From positions 17,621,237-17,685,236 of the forward strand of contig NC_092672.1 in NCBI RefSeq assembly GCF_964355755.1: a stretch of 64,000 bases of DNA, written 5' to 3'. Below the pieces are notes generated by a model. The model searched no databases and was not told the origin of the DNA. It saw nothing but the letters and a program-made list of their open reading frames with translations. How positions within the stretch are numbered: position 1 is the first letter of the stretch; each line of letters opens with the position of its first letter. This DNA is from Antedon mediterranea (taxonomy: Eukaryota; Animalia; Echinodermata). The position numbers and the translations under genes were made by a program. This document shows, piece after piece, positions 13,885 through 28,841 of the stretch.

Positions 13885-13986
13885 CCGAATACAAATGAAA
13901 CAACAAAGCTTGGAACATTGTGGACACAGACGAGCGTCTCTCAACTTTTCCATACAGATGAAACATCGAAACACCTCAGACAGGCT
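13885..13986 (-). CDS. TRIM37: TRIM37 coding exon 2 (RING N-half: [34 protein letters not shown])
   Basis: Near-identical to vertebrate TRIM37 RING ([34 protein letters not shown]). Acceptor ttgcag, donor GTAAGT, 102 nt. Confidence 0.97.
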
Positions 13987-14550
13987 CTGCAAATTTATAA
14001 TTATTAATTAATAATAGTACTTTATTTGTACCATAGAGGTATTGTTTGTACATAAAGTTAAATAGTAGGGTTCCTTAGCTCCAAAAAAAGGTCAATACTT
14101 CAAATTTGGTTAGTAAGCATGAACTTTGGTATGACAACATGTAAAAAAATTTGCAACTTTTAATATTTGAGGACATTTAAAATTTGACCTTTGACCTCAG
14201 ATAAGGCCTGATTCCTCAGAATAATAGATCTGAACCTATTGGGTGAACTAGCTGCTAAATGGAAAAGATGCATTACTATGATATTTACTGTGTTGAGCAA
14301 GAATGGGTATACTTGCACCCTCTAGCAAACTATGCCAATGTTTTTTTGCTTCCTTACAGTATATAAATACAGTACAAATAAATTTGATGCTGTTGGCCGG
14401 AAAAAAATTGGGATGCTTGATTAGTACAGGGTCCAAAAGGTCAATATGGTCAAGGTTAAGACTTTGCGTCAACTTGGTAACTACTGGGTGTATTGGAATA
14501 TTGCCAAAGTGCCAAACTACTCAGAAGACCCATATTTCTATTCACACTAA

Positions 14551-14729
14551 AGCGTGGTTCCCACTAGCGACGCACCACAAGGACGTAACGCAACGCAAGT
14601 GAATTGACCAATCACAAGCGATGGCTTATTTGCTTGTGATTGCTAACTGTCTATAACTTCGCTTGTCATTGGTTAAAACGCTTGCGTTGCGTTTACGTCC
14701 TTGCGTTACGTTCAAGTGGGAACCAAGCT
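14551..14729. mobile_element. PIF/Harbinger-type MITE (179 bp)
   Basis: TIR AGCGTGGTTCCCACT / AGTGGGAACCAAGCT with TAA duplicated on both sides. Confidence 0.7.
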
Positions 14730-15429
14730 TAATCGGAAACTTTTGCCAAAAGTGGACGGAATCCACCTTTCTGACCACTGGTCAAGAAATTGGCCATATG
14801 AATATCTCAGTATATCTCAATTGTGGTCTCAAATTACTTGCAAAGTATATGTTTGTATTTGTTTTAATGTAATAAAAATCATAATCGGTCAATAAACCCT
14901 TAATTTTGACCTTTGACATATACTGTAGCCGGCACAAACATTTTTGGCTTAGAGCACACTTCTCAGAAATTGTTGGGCGGATATGGTCGTACAGTAGTTG
15001 GTGTCAAAATACTCAGAGAAGATACATATTTCAACTTTTGCCAAAAATGACGACCGTGAAACTTAAATTTTGACCATTGGTCAACAAAATGGCCATATAA
15101 ATATCTTAGCAACCACTAGTCAGAAAGTTATAATTTTAGTCCCAAATTACTAGCAATGTATTATAATTAGTTATCCGCTTAGTAGTAGCCTTCTGAATAT
15201 CTTAGTGTTTCATTTTGATACCGTCGCCATGTTAAAAATTGGAATAAATGGCGGGTCCCGTAATTTCACCTATACTGTATATGGTTTATACTGTATGACG
15301 CAAAATAGACAGAATTCAGCACTAACAACACTATAGATATCGATGATACTTTTGATCAACCTGATTTTGAACCCGATGTTCTTCCTCATGTCATTGCATA
15401 AAAAAGAACCAGCAAACCACATACAGCTC

Positions 15430-17170
15430 ATGTGTGGACAGTGAAGGGTTGGATGAATCAGTTGCATGCTGCAGATTGGTTATGTTATGCCACTTCTGAA
15501 AATCGGCAAGAATTTGTAGAAAAAGTATGGTGTAGTGTGCGTCAACTGCATTCAAGTGACAAGACAGCACAGTACGTGGTGGGGACAAAAAATGTGAATG
15601 TTTCTTGTATCATCAGAAGACCAAAACCCACAAAGCAGCTGTTGCATCACAAAGCGTTGCAGAAAAGATACAGAAACATAAACTGCCTCCTTTAGAAAAA
15701 GGTTGGCAAAAACTAGATGAACTTTCCTATGAAAAAATGGAGAAACTTTTTAATTCAGCCATGTATTTGGCCATAATGAAAAGACCATTCTCTAAATTCC
15801 CATATCTCATATTGCTACAAAACTACAGTAGGTACATATGCAGACGACACTCAGATTTATGTATCCATGCAGCATGACTCGCTCACAAGAATTGAGAACT
15901 GCTTCCGTGACATCAAAACATGGATGAAAAAAAACAAGCTTAAGCTCAATGATAGCAAGAGTAGACTGATTTCATCACTTTCACTTCTTCGCAGACGGTA
16001 AAGAATCTCTGTGTACAATTGGATTGTAACTTGACAATGGACGCTCACCTGAAAACCATTGCTCGATCTGTATCTGCTTCCATTAGATACATTGGCCGAC
16101 TGCGAAAGTACCTCGATCAACATAGCACAGAAAAACTTGTGCATGCGTTTGTTGGATCCAGGCTTGACTACTGTAATGCGCTTTTCATTGGTCTGAAAAT
16201 TTTGCAGCATCTACAAAATACTGCTGCCCGCATAACAAGGACACGTAAATTTGACAACATCTCCCCAGTATTTGCAGATCTTCACTTGTTACCAGTACAA
16301 CAACGGATACAGTACAAGGTGTTAATCCTGGCCTACAAAGCTTAGCACAATTTGGCACCTGGCTACCTATCTGAGCTTGTGCAGAGTTACCAGACCATTA
16401 GATCTCTTAGGTCCGGTTCCCAATGCCTGCTTGTGATTCCTAGGACAAGGACATCTACCTACGGTCAGAGAGCGTTTGCAGTGGCAGCGCTAACTTTGTG
16501 GAACTCCCTACCAATCACAATCAGACAGTGCACTTCCGTTAACTTATTTAAGACTCAAGACATTCCTTTTCCAACAACCTTTTCATTAATTTAACATTTG
16601 CTGCATTTTTTATGTAAAGTGCATATAAGAACAGACTATTATTATTAAAACAAGTCTAGGCGAAACATACACAAATGGCAGAGCAGCAAGACAATTTATT
16701 AAACATATTGCAGGTGTTTATGAGGACAACATGAAAGAGTAAATGCATGGATGTCACTATTTTAGTGTACTGTCTGATGGTAGCACGGATAGAACTGAAT
16801 CTGAGAAAGAAATCGTTTATCTGGTTTTTTTTTAAATGATTGACGTACAGAATGCAAAGGCCAATGGAGTCTTAGCTGCAATAGATGAAGCGTATCTTTC
16901 ATATGGCTTCACATCGGATGAGTACAGAAAAAACCTTTTTGGTTTTGGAGTAGATGGTGCTGCAGTAAACCTCGTCAGAAATCGGAGTGTGAGCACACTA
17001 CAGGAAAGCTCACCCTAGATGATCAGCATTCACTGTATGGCCCACAGATTGGAGTTGGCAATGAAGGATGTTTTCAAGGGTACATATATGGACAAAGTCA
17101 ATGACACTTTAACATATAATATATTATTTCTACCGGAACTCGGTAAAGCGTGTTCGAGAAGTTACAGAAC
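15430..17170 (+). pseudogene. Decayed hAT transposase (ZNF862-like), interrupted by a LINE
   Basis: Fragments KLFNSAMYLAIMKRPFSKFPYL..LQ / LGETYTNGRAARQF / FSVLSDGSTD..EKEIVY / GFGVDGAAVN / SIHCMAHRLELAMKD, with stops and frameshifts. Confidence 0.85.
15829..16646 (+). mobile_element. 5'-truncated L2-clade LINE inserted in the hAT transposase
   Basis: WMKKNKLKLNDSK, LVHAFVGSRLDYCNAL, LHLLPVQQRIQYKVL and AFAVAALTLWNSLP motifs, with a (TAT)n tail. Confidence 0.85.
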
Positions 17171-18786
17171 TGGCTTCAATAATAGTAAAAAACAATAATA
17201 AAAACTACTGACCTAAAAAGGTAGGCCTAGTTTAGGGAGCCAGAAAGGGGTTACCTGCACCCTCTAGAAAACTATGTTAACAATGCTTCCTTTACCGTAT
17301 ATCAATACAAATCAATTTTTTGTTACAGTATATTGGCCGAAAAAAATTGGGGGGGGGGGCTTGGTCAGGCAACAAGTATTTTTTTAGGGGAACAGACGAT
17401 CTGGACCACGGACGATTGGGCCCAGCCGATTGGGCCCATTGTAAGCCTATCGGGCCCAAAGTGTGAGATGATTGGGCCCAACAAACTAAACGATCAGGCA
17501 CGTTTTATTTTGGTTACAATTAAACCAACTTTTGGAATGCATTATGCCGCGCTTCAGTCTGGCTATACATTTTTTTATCATATCTCGTGTTTTTTAAAAT
17601 CGATTGGGTTTTATTGCGTCGCGCCATTTTGGCGCACTAAATACATTTTCGTGATTATTATACATTGCGTGATCGTTTTTATTATTATTAGGTATGCCTA
17701 CTGTAGATTTATTTTTTTAGACGATGAGTATTTGTTATGCAAATTATATATTTTATTTATTTTATTACAGGCGAGGAGAGGATGTGCTTTTCCAAATTAC
17801 CGTTATTGTAAAAATATGTTTATAATTATACTAATTAAATGTTTACATTGCTTAAATGTAATCATTTTAATATAATGACCGTATAATTTACTGTGATACA
17901 ATCCAGGGATTCCCCTTTAAATAAAACGTAGCATGTACACGTATGCATATCCATAGTGTCAATATGCTACGATACAGTACAGTACATTCATCTTTCCATC
18001 AAACAGTATCATATTATAATATTCGGTTAAAACATGTACTATGGTATTCCACTTGTATTGTAGGCATTGAAAGATTGCCCCATTGGTAATAAATACTCAT
18101 TATATTATATTCATTATAATTATAAACTATTTTAACTACTGTATTAATTTCCGATTTCTTTTTTTCAGAAACAACATTTTTTACAATGATTTTCAAAGAG
18201 CACACATTCATAAAACATCTTGCAACCTGTAAAATAAATTGAAAACAAACATTATATACATTAGGCCTAAATAAACATCCATCCCTTATTAAACTAACAA
18301 ACATTGACCACGGAACCAATTACAACCGCAAAAGCGTATCAGCGACGCTTCATACCGAATACCAGATGTTGATTTTTATCGTTGCCAAAATAAAATCAAT
18401 TTACCATATTGAACACAAGACTATCGCTACCTGCGCTAAGACGATCAAATCCGGGACGATTCGGCCCAAACATCCCACTTTGTGGGCCGAAACGTCTCAC
18501 TTTAGATCAAATTCATATTCATTTTTATTAAAGTTTTTAAAGGTATTTAACAATCCGTATTTTATTGATATTGAAATTGTTGATATAGGCTAATTAATAA
18601 TAATAATTAATATATAAATAAAATAAATTACAAAAAAAAACGTAATTTTATATTCAATTTATTACTTCGAAAACTTGTTTACATCGTTCGCATGACTAAA
18701 AAATGATCATTTTTGACAATATTTTAAATTGTTTGCTTTATTGCATCTTTATCCCTAGCCTAGTAGGACCTTACTGTAGGACCAGG

Positions 18787-21700
18787 GGTGTCAGATGAAA
18801 TCGGCCGCTCTTGAAATTGGTCGAGTTTGAAAGCAGTCGCGATAAAATCAACATCCGGTATTTTGTATGAAGCGCTGCTAGATACGCTTTTTATCATATT
18901 AGTTACAGTACGTTTGATATCGATCACGTTTTATTTTGGTCGTGCTAATTTGTATGGGACACACGTAGATACATTTTTAATGAAAACGCTAATTATGTTT
19001 TTAGTTAATTTTGAATATAGAATTTCTAATAATACTATTGACATTTTGTTTACCTCAATCGTTTTTTTAAGTACAGTAAATATAAATATTTATCTCATTA
19101 TTTATAAATAATTTGTGTTTTCATTTTATTTTACAGATGTCAATGAATTGTAATGTGTTCGTTCATCAAAAATCGTTTTGAAAATGTTTTATTGAATTTT
19201 GTTTAAATTTTTGAAAAGATTGGCTGCCACTGTTTAAAGTTTTGAAAATGTTGAATTTAATAGTTAAACAAGTAGACGCGCCTATTGCGTATTTTTTAAT
19301 CACAGTTAATTACGGAACTCATTCTATACATTGCAAGTGGATACCAGCTCAATGAGGTTTATGCAAAAAGGAAGATGATGCATGACGATGATTTTTACGT
19401 TCGATATCTGCCACTCTGACGTGAGCATGGTTTTAGGATAATAATAAAATTAAACTATATAGATAAAAGTATGCCGTTATAAATCAATCTACCGGGTCTA
19501 TACAGCTCTATACAATGATATATGTGAGAATAATAATAAGGTAATCTGCACTGATATTTAAACATTTAGATACGAACGGCATATGGATGTGAGACACTGA
19601 GTTGTACTTAATTACTGTATTTACATTACATGATTATCATAAATGAAGAAATAAAAGATATTCAAATTAAATACTGTACTATAGGCCTAGTATCGCCGAC
19701 GTATAAGATGTTCGTCTGATTTAATACGTATTCCACTTGTTTCTTGTGAATCGAACCAACCAATATTTCAAGGGGGGGGCAGAGGGATACGTAAATTATA
19801 TACATCGTTTCACAAAAACACGTGCAGGAGGCCTATAGATGTTTCAACCGTATGGTTATTAGTGGCCATGGACAACAATCGTACGTGTTTTTTGCATGAT
19901 TTGACACACTGTGCGTGTTGTTTTAAAATAAAAAATAACGTACACGATCATAGAAGGCGCATCTCCGATATAGCTTATTTGGGGGTTTATTTCAGTAACT
20001 CGCCTTTTAACAATCCGCATATAATAATCATGTTTACTAAAAACTATTTTAAACATTAGAAATAAACATGTGATTTGCCTCAACAATAATCATTATATAC
20101 TTAATATTATCCTACATAACGTACGGACATAAATAAAATAGAAACTAGAATTTAATTCGTCACTTTGACGAATTATAGGTGATCATTTTTATCATTTTAA
20201 TGAAATTAACATTTTTGAAACATGCACGTACGTTAACATACGATCGTAAAAAGTTGATGTACGCCATCCTATGACATGATGCATATACACTTATAGCGCT
20301 GAGTTGTACGTATTATGTGTCATACACAATATGTACAGTATATACTGTATATCTAAATACAGTGTAGCATAGGTGAAATTACGGGACCCACATCAAGTTC
20401 TAATTTTTGGTATGATGGAATTATCAAAATAAACTCAAAGATGACAATTTCGAAAGATAATGAATTGAGCAAATAAATATAAGAATTGGAAGAGAATCTG
20501 GCACGTAGAAGCGCTGTGCGCGCTCTTTGAAATTTGTATAACTTTGACGAAAAAGATGAAAAAACTACTTTTTAACTTCATCTGGCCATATGTTAACGTC
20601 ACAACATCCGATAGGCTTGGTTTTTATATGAATTCATATCTACATTTCATCAGCTTTCATAATAAATTATAATCATCAAGGTAACCTTCAATTCTGAAGA
20701 GCTGTTAGATATTCAAATTTACGGCGAAGGTGAAATTACACGATCTACGTTATTCAAGATTTTACGCGTGATGACGTCATCAAATTGAAAATAATGACAA
20801 CTTATAAGAACGATAAATAATTAAGCAAGCACACACTGAAATTTGTGCAAAAATCGAGCTCAAATAGCGGAGATGCGGTCTATTGAATGTGATAACCTAC
20901 ACAAAACGGAAAAAAATCCTAATTTTTAAATTCAAGTGGCCATTTGATGACGTAATACCATTTTGTACGTCTAATGTTTATATACATTTATATCTACAAC
21001 TCAATGGCTTCCCGAATAAGTTAAAAAACTTAGGGGTCATCGTGCATTCTGAAGAGTTATTTTCATTTTAAAAAAGACATATTTTTCACCATTTTCAGAA
21101 CTTTTGTGAAATTAATGTGCGCATTTTGTCATTTTTAACCTGCTCGTATAGCGTTATTTTAAGTCGGAACTGACTCAAATTTGGTGAATGTACTAAGGAT
21201 GGTGAGTAGAATGCGATTTGTAAAAAAAATTGCAATTTTTACGCTTTGTAAGTATCGCACGCGCAAAATATTTTTTTTGCGCAGTAATTTTTTTAAACAC
21301 GCAAATGGCCTAATTCATGCTCTAAATTGATCAAAACTTAATTTTGAGCTTTTTAAATTTTTAACGCGCGATTCCACGCGCTTGACCCTACGTGCGCGTG
21401 CGTTTTTATTTGCTAATATTTTTACCCTTGACCTGAAGTTTACGTGTAGTGAATTTCATAAATATGTGATAATCAATTATGGACATATGATTGATAATGT
21501 GATTTCACAAAATCGCGTATACGTGACGTCACGGTTGAGTGATCATGCTGAAAAGCTTATTATGGCTAAGTTAAAATATTTGAAAGACATTGTGAAATTT
21601 TTGTGATCATTGTTATTCAACTTTTTGAGATATTTGACGAACAAAAAGTGTACAGAAAGAAGAATAATAACTAGACATGAAACTCGTCACTTTGACGAGT

Positions 21701-23944
21701 TAGTTATCCGCTCGACAAACGCCACGTGCACGTCATACGTTACAATATTGCGCACAGAAAAATATTAAGGCATTATGACCTGAACTGAAGAATATGATAT
21801 GTTGTTATTTCTGAATTCTGTTATTTTGTGTCATATAGTATACACAGTACAATCTGTATACATATCACAAACAGTGTAAAATAGGTGAAATTACGGGACC
21901 CGTATTTTATTGTAATTTTTAACATCTTGACGGTTTCAAAATGAAATGCAAAAGTAGAAATTTCAGAATGAAATTATCTCAGCAACAACATATTAACGTG
22001 TAGAAGAAATTTGAATACGTGAAATATTGATGCGCGCTCTTTTAAATGTAATGAAATATAATGCAAAAGATGAAAATACGACTTTTTTATTTAACTGGCC
22101 ATATGATGACGTCACAACATTCAATTGGCACAATTTACACATGATTTTGTATCTACAATACAATAGCTTCCTGAAAACGTTTTAATCGTGATTATCACAT
22201 TTTATTCTTACGAGGTATAACAGATTAAAATTTACTGTAAAGATGAAATTAATGACCAACGTAATTTAAATTTTTAGGCATGATGACGTTAAAAAAATTA
22301 AAAAAATTTTAATTCATGCAAAAGATAGTTGATTGACCTAGAATATATTAAAATCGGGGTGAAAATAGACAACGAATAAGTGGAGATGCGCTCTATTAAA
22401 TGTGATGAGCTATGACGAAAGAGACAAAAATCCTACATTTTATATTCGCGTGGCCATACGATGACGTCACAATGTCCGGTTACCCATATTAATGCATGAT
22501 CCGATATCTACAACTCATCAACTTCCAGAATATGTAATTAAAAAAAAGTTCTCCATGTAGTTTAGAATCTATGACTGTTTAAAAATAGGCATAATTTTGA
22601 CAAATTTTTGAACTTTTTCACCAAAAACGCGTGCAAATTATGTAATTCGACGTGCTCGTATGACGTAATTTTAAGTCGAAATTGTTTAAAAGTTGGTAAC
22701 ATTACTAGAAAAGGCTGAAAAAACATAAATCACGCGAAAAAAATATGTTTTTAACGCTACGTGTGCACCGCGTGCGTAAAAATTTTCGCGCGCGTGGGAA
22801 TTTTTGACATGCTCAAAATGACATGAAACGCATAGAAAGTTGATTAGAAGTTGATTTTTCGCATCCTAAAATTTTAAACGCACGTACGCGCGTAACTTTT
22901 TGTGAAACATGCTATTTTTAATCCATAGAAAGTTTGCGCTTGATATGACTTAAATTTTCACAAAGTGTCAAAACAAAATTATGTTTGGTTTTTAGTCTAT
23001 GATCAATCATTGAAATTCATAAAATCGCGCGTACGTCACGTTGCGCAACTCTGACGTCATTCAAAAATAGGAGGTGCACAAGTTCACGTAAATGTCGATG
23101 TGTTGACAAAGTTACGATATGTTCTGTTTACACGTTTTAGAGAAACGCGACGCACAAAAATGACAGAAAGAAAGAAGTATAATACAGAAAAAAAAAAAAA
23201 ATTTGATGAAACAGGACAATTACAAGGAGTTATCCGCTACTAAGCGGATAACTAATAACAATAACAATAAAGATTTTGTACAATAACAATAGGTGATCAT
23301 TTTATTCTAAATGATCACCTAATAAAAATAAGGTGATCGAATAGACATGGATATGATATCGCACAGTATGCATAGTATAAAATGGATACGCTGGCTTTAC
23401 GGGCTATACATTGTAACAATTATTGTTTTAAAATAAATTGTTCTCTTTTACGTAATTGTTTGCATAATAAAAGACACAGACGTATATTCTCTATATAATA
23501 TATTAATTACAGTACATATTATAAATAGAGGTAAATTATAATATGCCTACTAATATAATATTTAAACATGTTTATAAATAGCCATTTTGAAAAGACACCT
23601 TCTCCTAAAATTAATGATTGATAATAAATATTTAATAACCAAATAAAAAATATCCAAATAAATAATCTAGTTCCTAAAAAATATCAATTAAATCTATATA
23701 AACGAAGAAAATGTATATCCCGCTACTGTAGCATGCATCTCGCTCCATACAAAATAGCGCGACCGATTTCAAATGCGACCGATTTTAAACGCGACCGATA
23801 TCATCAAAAGTATAGCTGTAGCGGCGCGCCATACAAAATACTGGAAGTTGATTTTATCGCGACCGATTTCAAAGGCGACCGATTTCAGACGGGAATGATT
23901 TCAGACGGGACTGATTTCAGACGGGACTGATTTTATTGTAAACC
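18787..23944. mobile_element. TIR DNA element with 8-bp TSD (Merlin/MULE-like), carrying nested Helentrons
   Basis: TSD GGACCAGG at 18779-18786 and 23945-23952. GG...CC termini. Subterminal inverted homology (gtcgcgataaaatcaac / gttgattttatcgcgac) and gaccgatttc repeats. Confidence 0.7.
20144..23323 (-). mobile_element. Helentron-like element with a second Helentron (21670-23256) nested inside
   Basis: Outer: CTAG + hairpin aattcgtcactttgacgaatt + aggtgatc at the left, aggtgatcattt..aaatgatcacct at the right. Inner: CTAG + aactcgtcactttgacgagtt + ttatccgct at the left, agttatccgct..agcggataact at the right. The two internal sequences are paralogous. Confidence 0.7.
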
Positions 23945-24633
23945 GGACCAGGTTAGTACTAACCCATAGATAGTCTCTCTGAAAATAAAGTTTGGGGGGA
24001 AAAGCTTATTTTATGCTTATTCTATCCATATCAAAGCGGCGCTAATGCAGTTTCGTAACCACCCCTTAAAATTACTCTAAATCTTCATCCAACCTACTCA
24101 CGAGTTGTCTACAACATCCTGCAATCACAAAATTGTAAAAATTCGATATTTTTTTTATTTATAACTAATTTTTAATCAATTTACTGAGCACTCTTCAGAA
24201 ATACATCGCCAGCTAAGCTTCGCGAAAATCATCGCAAGGCCTGCCGATAAAAGTACGGAGGCCTCACAGGACATCAACTCTTGATAGAGTACACAGTTGC
24301 ATTCTATAGAGGGTGTAGTTACTATATGTTTAAAGCACTGCATTTTGCATTATTTCCGACATGAATTTCGAATTTTTAATAAAGAAATAATATACAATTA
24401 TTGTATTCATCATTGTGGGTATCACCAAATATTATGTTTTTAATTTGTTTTTCATTTTTAATAGTAGAATTTCACACAGGAAAGAAGATAAATTGTATGG
24501 GACTGCTGACTTCAAGATTTAAGTACTACTGACCAATTTTCCTCTGTTTTTTACTTCATTCAGTCCTGAGCTACATTGTTATTGTTATAACACAATAAAC
24601 AAGGAGCTTATGACAAATTAAGTGTTTTAGTAA

Positions 24634-25093
24634 TGTTATCACTATACTAGAATTCCGTTGCTGTGTATGTGTGTGGCTACCCGGTGAGCAATCCCTCAGT
24701 ACTAGCTAGGCTAGTAGGGTTGAGCTTGACCCCTTGTGGCTCGTACCTCGTAATAGTAGCAATTACTAATGAGGCCTAAACTATATATATAGGCCTATAA
24801 CCTATTCAATCACAGTGAATACCTGTTGTTCCACCAATATTACTGTAGAACTGGCTTATATATCGCTCAGTCGAGGCTGGGAAGCTTACACAGGAAACCC
24901 TGGTGGCTATAGGCTAATGTAACACCAGGGAACGTGCGTAGGGCTGATGCTAATCCAGCATAGTCACGATTTACGTTCGTTCCATCTAATGTCATGCGTT
25001 CAAAGAGGCCGCTACGGCACCGGTCAGTAACGCACGTGACCTCGGGTCACCCTTTGGGTCGACCCATTATGATATAAGGGGATTTTCACTACA
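24634..25093 (-). repeat. 3' LTR of the Gypsy element
   Basis: tgttatcactatactagaattccg...ttttcactaca, shared with 32611-32948. Confidence 0.85.
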
Positions 25094-25880
25094 CTCTCCC
25101 CAATTTTATAAAGGCCGAGCCCAGTGTTCTGATGTAGTCCAGTGCCTGGTAGCAATTGAGACTGATGATTAATTATGAGGATTTGAGGAAAAGTCCGTTC
25201 CAATTGAAAATCTGCAAAGAAACAAAGCGAAGTTAACCATCCTATACATCCTCCACAGTGGATCAGATCCATTTCAGGATAGGAATGTGGTAAACGGTCA
25301 GTTAACTACCCAGGGCTGCCAGTCGCATGGTTCGAGTTATTTCACCCTTCTTCTCAGCGAGACAAACAGTCCTCGGCTAATTACTTTGATAACAGTACTG
25401 GTCCATAGGGGACACAGCTTCGTGGATTTGTTGTGGCTGGCTAAGGTATAGCACATAGCCCTTGTCAGGTGAGGACACGGAAATCGTTATCCCTTTCCAT
25501 GCATCGCTGCGTCTCCCCACAGGTAAATCTAATAAACTTATACGAAATGAGAGTCCATCATCGGACGAGTGTAGGCCGGCTTTATTCAACCAAAAGAATT
25601 TCAAACTTGGGCTGGAAAGAATTAGCTCCTAAAGTCGGTATCTCAGGCTGAACTGCCATGACCATACAACCTTCGTCCTGTGAATATAAAAGTAATTTAA
25701 TCCATTTGGGGCCCGGGTTTCTGTAATGGTCCTTAAACCTCCTGGGTCCCAAACAAAACCCTCACTCCCTATCTCGCCACTTGTGTGTCGAATCTGAGCA
25801 ACTTCCAGAGTGACAATGCGGTGCTCGGATTCCTCCAGACAATACACTGTATTCAGGCTTGAACTTTTCCCCTGAGTGGC

Positions 25881-26520
25881 AAGAGAAGACAGTTCTGCAT
25901 CCTTAATGGAGGCGGGATGGGCACACAATGCGCTGAGTATGTTGACCAGATGACGGGGTTCTGCCGAAACAGGCACATCATTGCTGGGTACTGAACACAC
26001 GTCAGCAGCGTTAACGGCACCCCCTTCCATCGGCTTGGTCTCCGTGGCTGGGACAATGTTTCTGCCCTTCTTCAATGTGATGTACTGATTATAAGTGTTG
26101 ACCACACACAGGTGCGACTTCCGCTAACCCTGGTGTGTGGTAACTGGAATTTCCAACGAAGACTTCATCGCTGGACCTATGATGTAATCCAGTAATGGTA
26201 AAGAGAAGACAGTTCTGCATCCTTAATGGAGGCGGGATGGGCACACAATGCGCTGAGTATGTTGACCAGATGACAGGGTTCTGCCGAAACAGGCACATCA
26301 TTGCTGGGTACTGAACACACGTCAGCAGCGTTAACGGCACCCCCTTCCATCGGCTTGGTCTCCGTGGCTGGGACAATGTTCCTGCCCTTCTTCAATGTGA
26401 TGTACTGATTATAAGTGTTGACCACACACAGGTGCGACTTCCGCAAACCCTGGTGTGTGGTAACTGGAATTTCCAACGAAGACTTCATCGCTGGACCTAT
26501 GATGTAATCCAGTAATGGTA
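25881..26520. repeat. Near-exact 320-bp tandem duplication inside the Gypsy pol remnant
   Basis: aagagaagacagttctgcat starts at both 25881 and 26201. The ORF track shows duplicated peptides. Confidence 0.92.
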
Positions 26521-28248
26521 AATTGTTAGGTACGAGTTGACATTGGACATGCATTACTGAGTGTGGTGGTATCACTCTACGTCTGGCAACAAGGACATGG
26601 GCGATTCTCAGGGATTCGGATTCCCGATTTTTCCTCACAGACACCGTGCTTGAGCCTATTGTTAACAGCAACTGTCCGCAGTCTATCCTGGCCTTATTTT
26701 TTACCAGAAAATCATTTCATCATGAATCGGTGATACATAGAAGAATTCAGTGTAGGCATCCGATCCCAATCTAAAGTTTACAGGTCCCACCTTGTAAGCA
26801 GGCATTGATGTACCTCTACCTGCTAGAGTAAAGTTAAGCTTGGCTACAATAGGTGGTTTAGACAATAAAAACGTGAGTATACGGTACATTATCTGAGAGT
26901 GTTGTCCGTTCCGCAGCCGTGTCCACAACAACTGTCACTTCGGTTTGATTTATGTAGACAGTGGTGTATAAGGCACGGTTGGATTGTACTCTGTTGATAA
27001 TGATGGTTTTTTCAGTCTCATCTGCTTTGGTCTCTGCCTTTACGGGTTGAGTTCTGTTTGTTGCACTCGGCTCCAACAGATCGTCGGTCGGAGTAGCGCC
27101 TACAGATGAATCTTTGCAATCTGGGAGTAGTGCCAGCGTGTTCTCTGAAAAAGTACTCATAGAAACATTATCATTTTTGACATTATTATTAACATTATTC
27201 TTTTTATGTATTTCAGCATTTGAGTCAGAGCCCATAGAAGATGACAGGTTGAGAAGCTGGGCTACGCTCCCAGCCTGCTCTAGTTTGACGTCTGCTTTAC
27301 CTTCTGACCCAAATTGGCAAACCTGTTGACTGGGTTTCTGGCCTTCAACGCACACTCGGGGTGGGGATGTCTAACCGGTGTTGGTGTTGCCCTGGGTTGC
27401 TGTTGTAGTGTAGTTTATAGCAGAATATCAAATTTGTTTGTCAACTGGTTGATTTGGTTTGACAACTCACTCACTAGTTGAGTGAACCTGTTATCCCGTT
27501 GAACTATTTTAGACTCGACGGCTCCATCAGTGGGATCTTGGTTTGGCTGTGAAGGTAACCGGCGATTCTTGGGATCAGGCTTCTTCGTTAGCTTAGGAAC
27601 GGTAGGTTTTTGCTGGCTCGCCGGGCGAGTTCAACCCTTGCTAGATTTACTTACCTTCCGAACCTCTACTTCTGCCCCACCATCGAAAGATTCCGCTCTA
27701 TACCTGGATGTGGTTGGGTGTTCCAGATGTTTAGGAATGGTGGTAAACCGGACATGCGGCATCACTTGCTTCTGTTGTCTACCCTTCGTACGAATGCAGA
27801 GTTCTCTCAGGCCAGTGTACTTCTCGTAGGCTGCCATTGCTTCAGTCAGGGTGGTATAGTTCTGGTGAAGTATATACTGCCCAGCGTCAGCGTCAAGACA
27901 ACCCACACAGAATTTCACTACCGCCCTTTGGTATATCCAACCTTGCGGGAGATTGCTAAAGGCTTTTCTAGTCAGTGTGAGAACTCTGTCACCCCAATCT
28001 TCTATAGATTCTCCTTCATACTGTACAGCAGCTTCGAATTTCACTTGCAAGACCTCGGGTAACTCCTCGGCCTTAAAGTGTTCATCAAAAGCTTGTACGA
28101 TGTGTCTGAAAGAGATATCTACATTCATGTCAGTTAAATTAATAAAATACTTGGCAACTATGCCGGTAATGCACCAACTGAAAGCATTGCGCAATCCCCT
28201 TATTGCTGAGGTCTTGCTCGTGAGCGTAATTGAGGAAGCGCTCCTTAA

Positions 28249-28841
28249 AGCTCAGGTACAGGCATGAATTTTAAATATAATATCTGGTTAATTGTACATA
28301 AATCAAATATTTGTAACAGAAATCGAGATGAAAAAACATGAATTTCCCTTAATATGGTCAAATACAAAATTTGGCAAAATTCTTCCATAAAAAACAGAAA
28401 TACTTTTTTTCAGTAGTTAGGTAGTTAACCTAATGTAAAACATGTCTGGTGACTCCCTAGACGGTGAAAAAAGATGGTGGATATACAGTGGATAATTTTT
28501 GCTATAGCATGAAAATAAAAAGCTGAAGTTGAATAAAAATATCAGAAATGTAATATTCAAGTTATATTACCTATATTTAGTCAACTGATAACATTTTTTA
28601 CCACACCGTTTATTTTTCATAGCTTTTTAAAATGCCTCTCTATTTACAAAATGTGTGTACAAAAGAATAGAGATTTTACTGTGTAATTTGAACTATCCCC
28701 CCACTGATAAGAAAGTGCTTATTTTCAACAAGCTTGTGTAACACAAATAAAATCCCAAAAATTATGAAACATAGGGGAAACTATAGATCGATAATTATTG
28801 GAATGTATGATCAATAGAAATTTTTTGCCCGCACCTGGCCT
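28249..28841. mobile_element. 593-bp Kolobok-type element with TTAA TSD inserted in Gypsy gag
   Basis: TTAA|AGCTCAGGTACAGGCA ... TGCCCGCACCTGGCCT|TTAA. Removing it restores the gag reading frame (DNWVFF-KERFLNYA). Confidence 0.8.

Noticed and set aside
17333-17875. 180-aa hydrophobic ORF
   Set aside because: It begins in transposon subterminal repeats and continues through T-rich non-coding DNA, with no recognisable motif.
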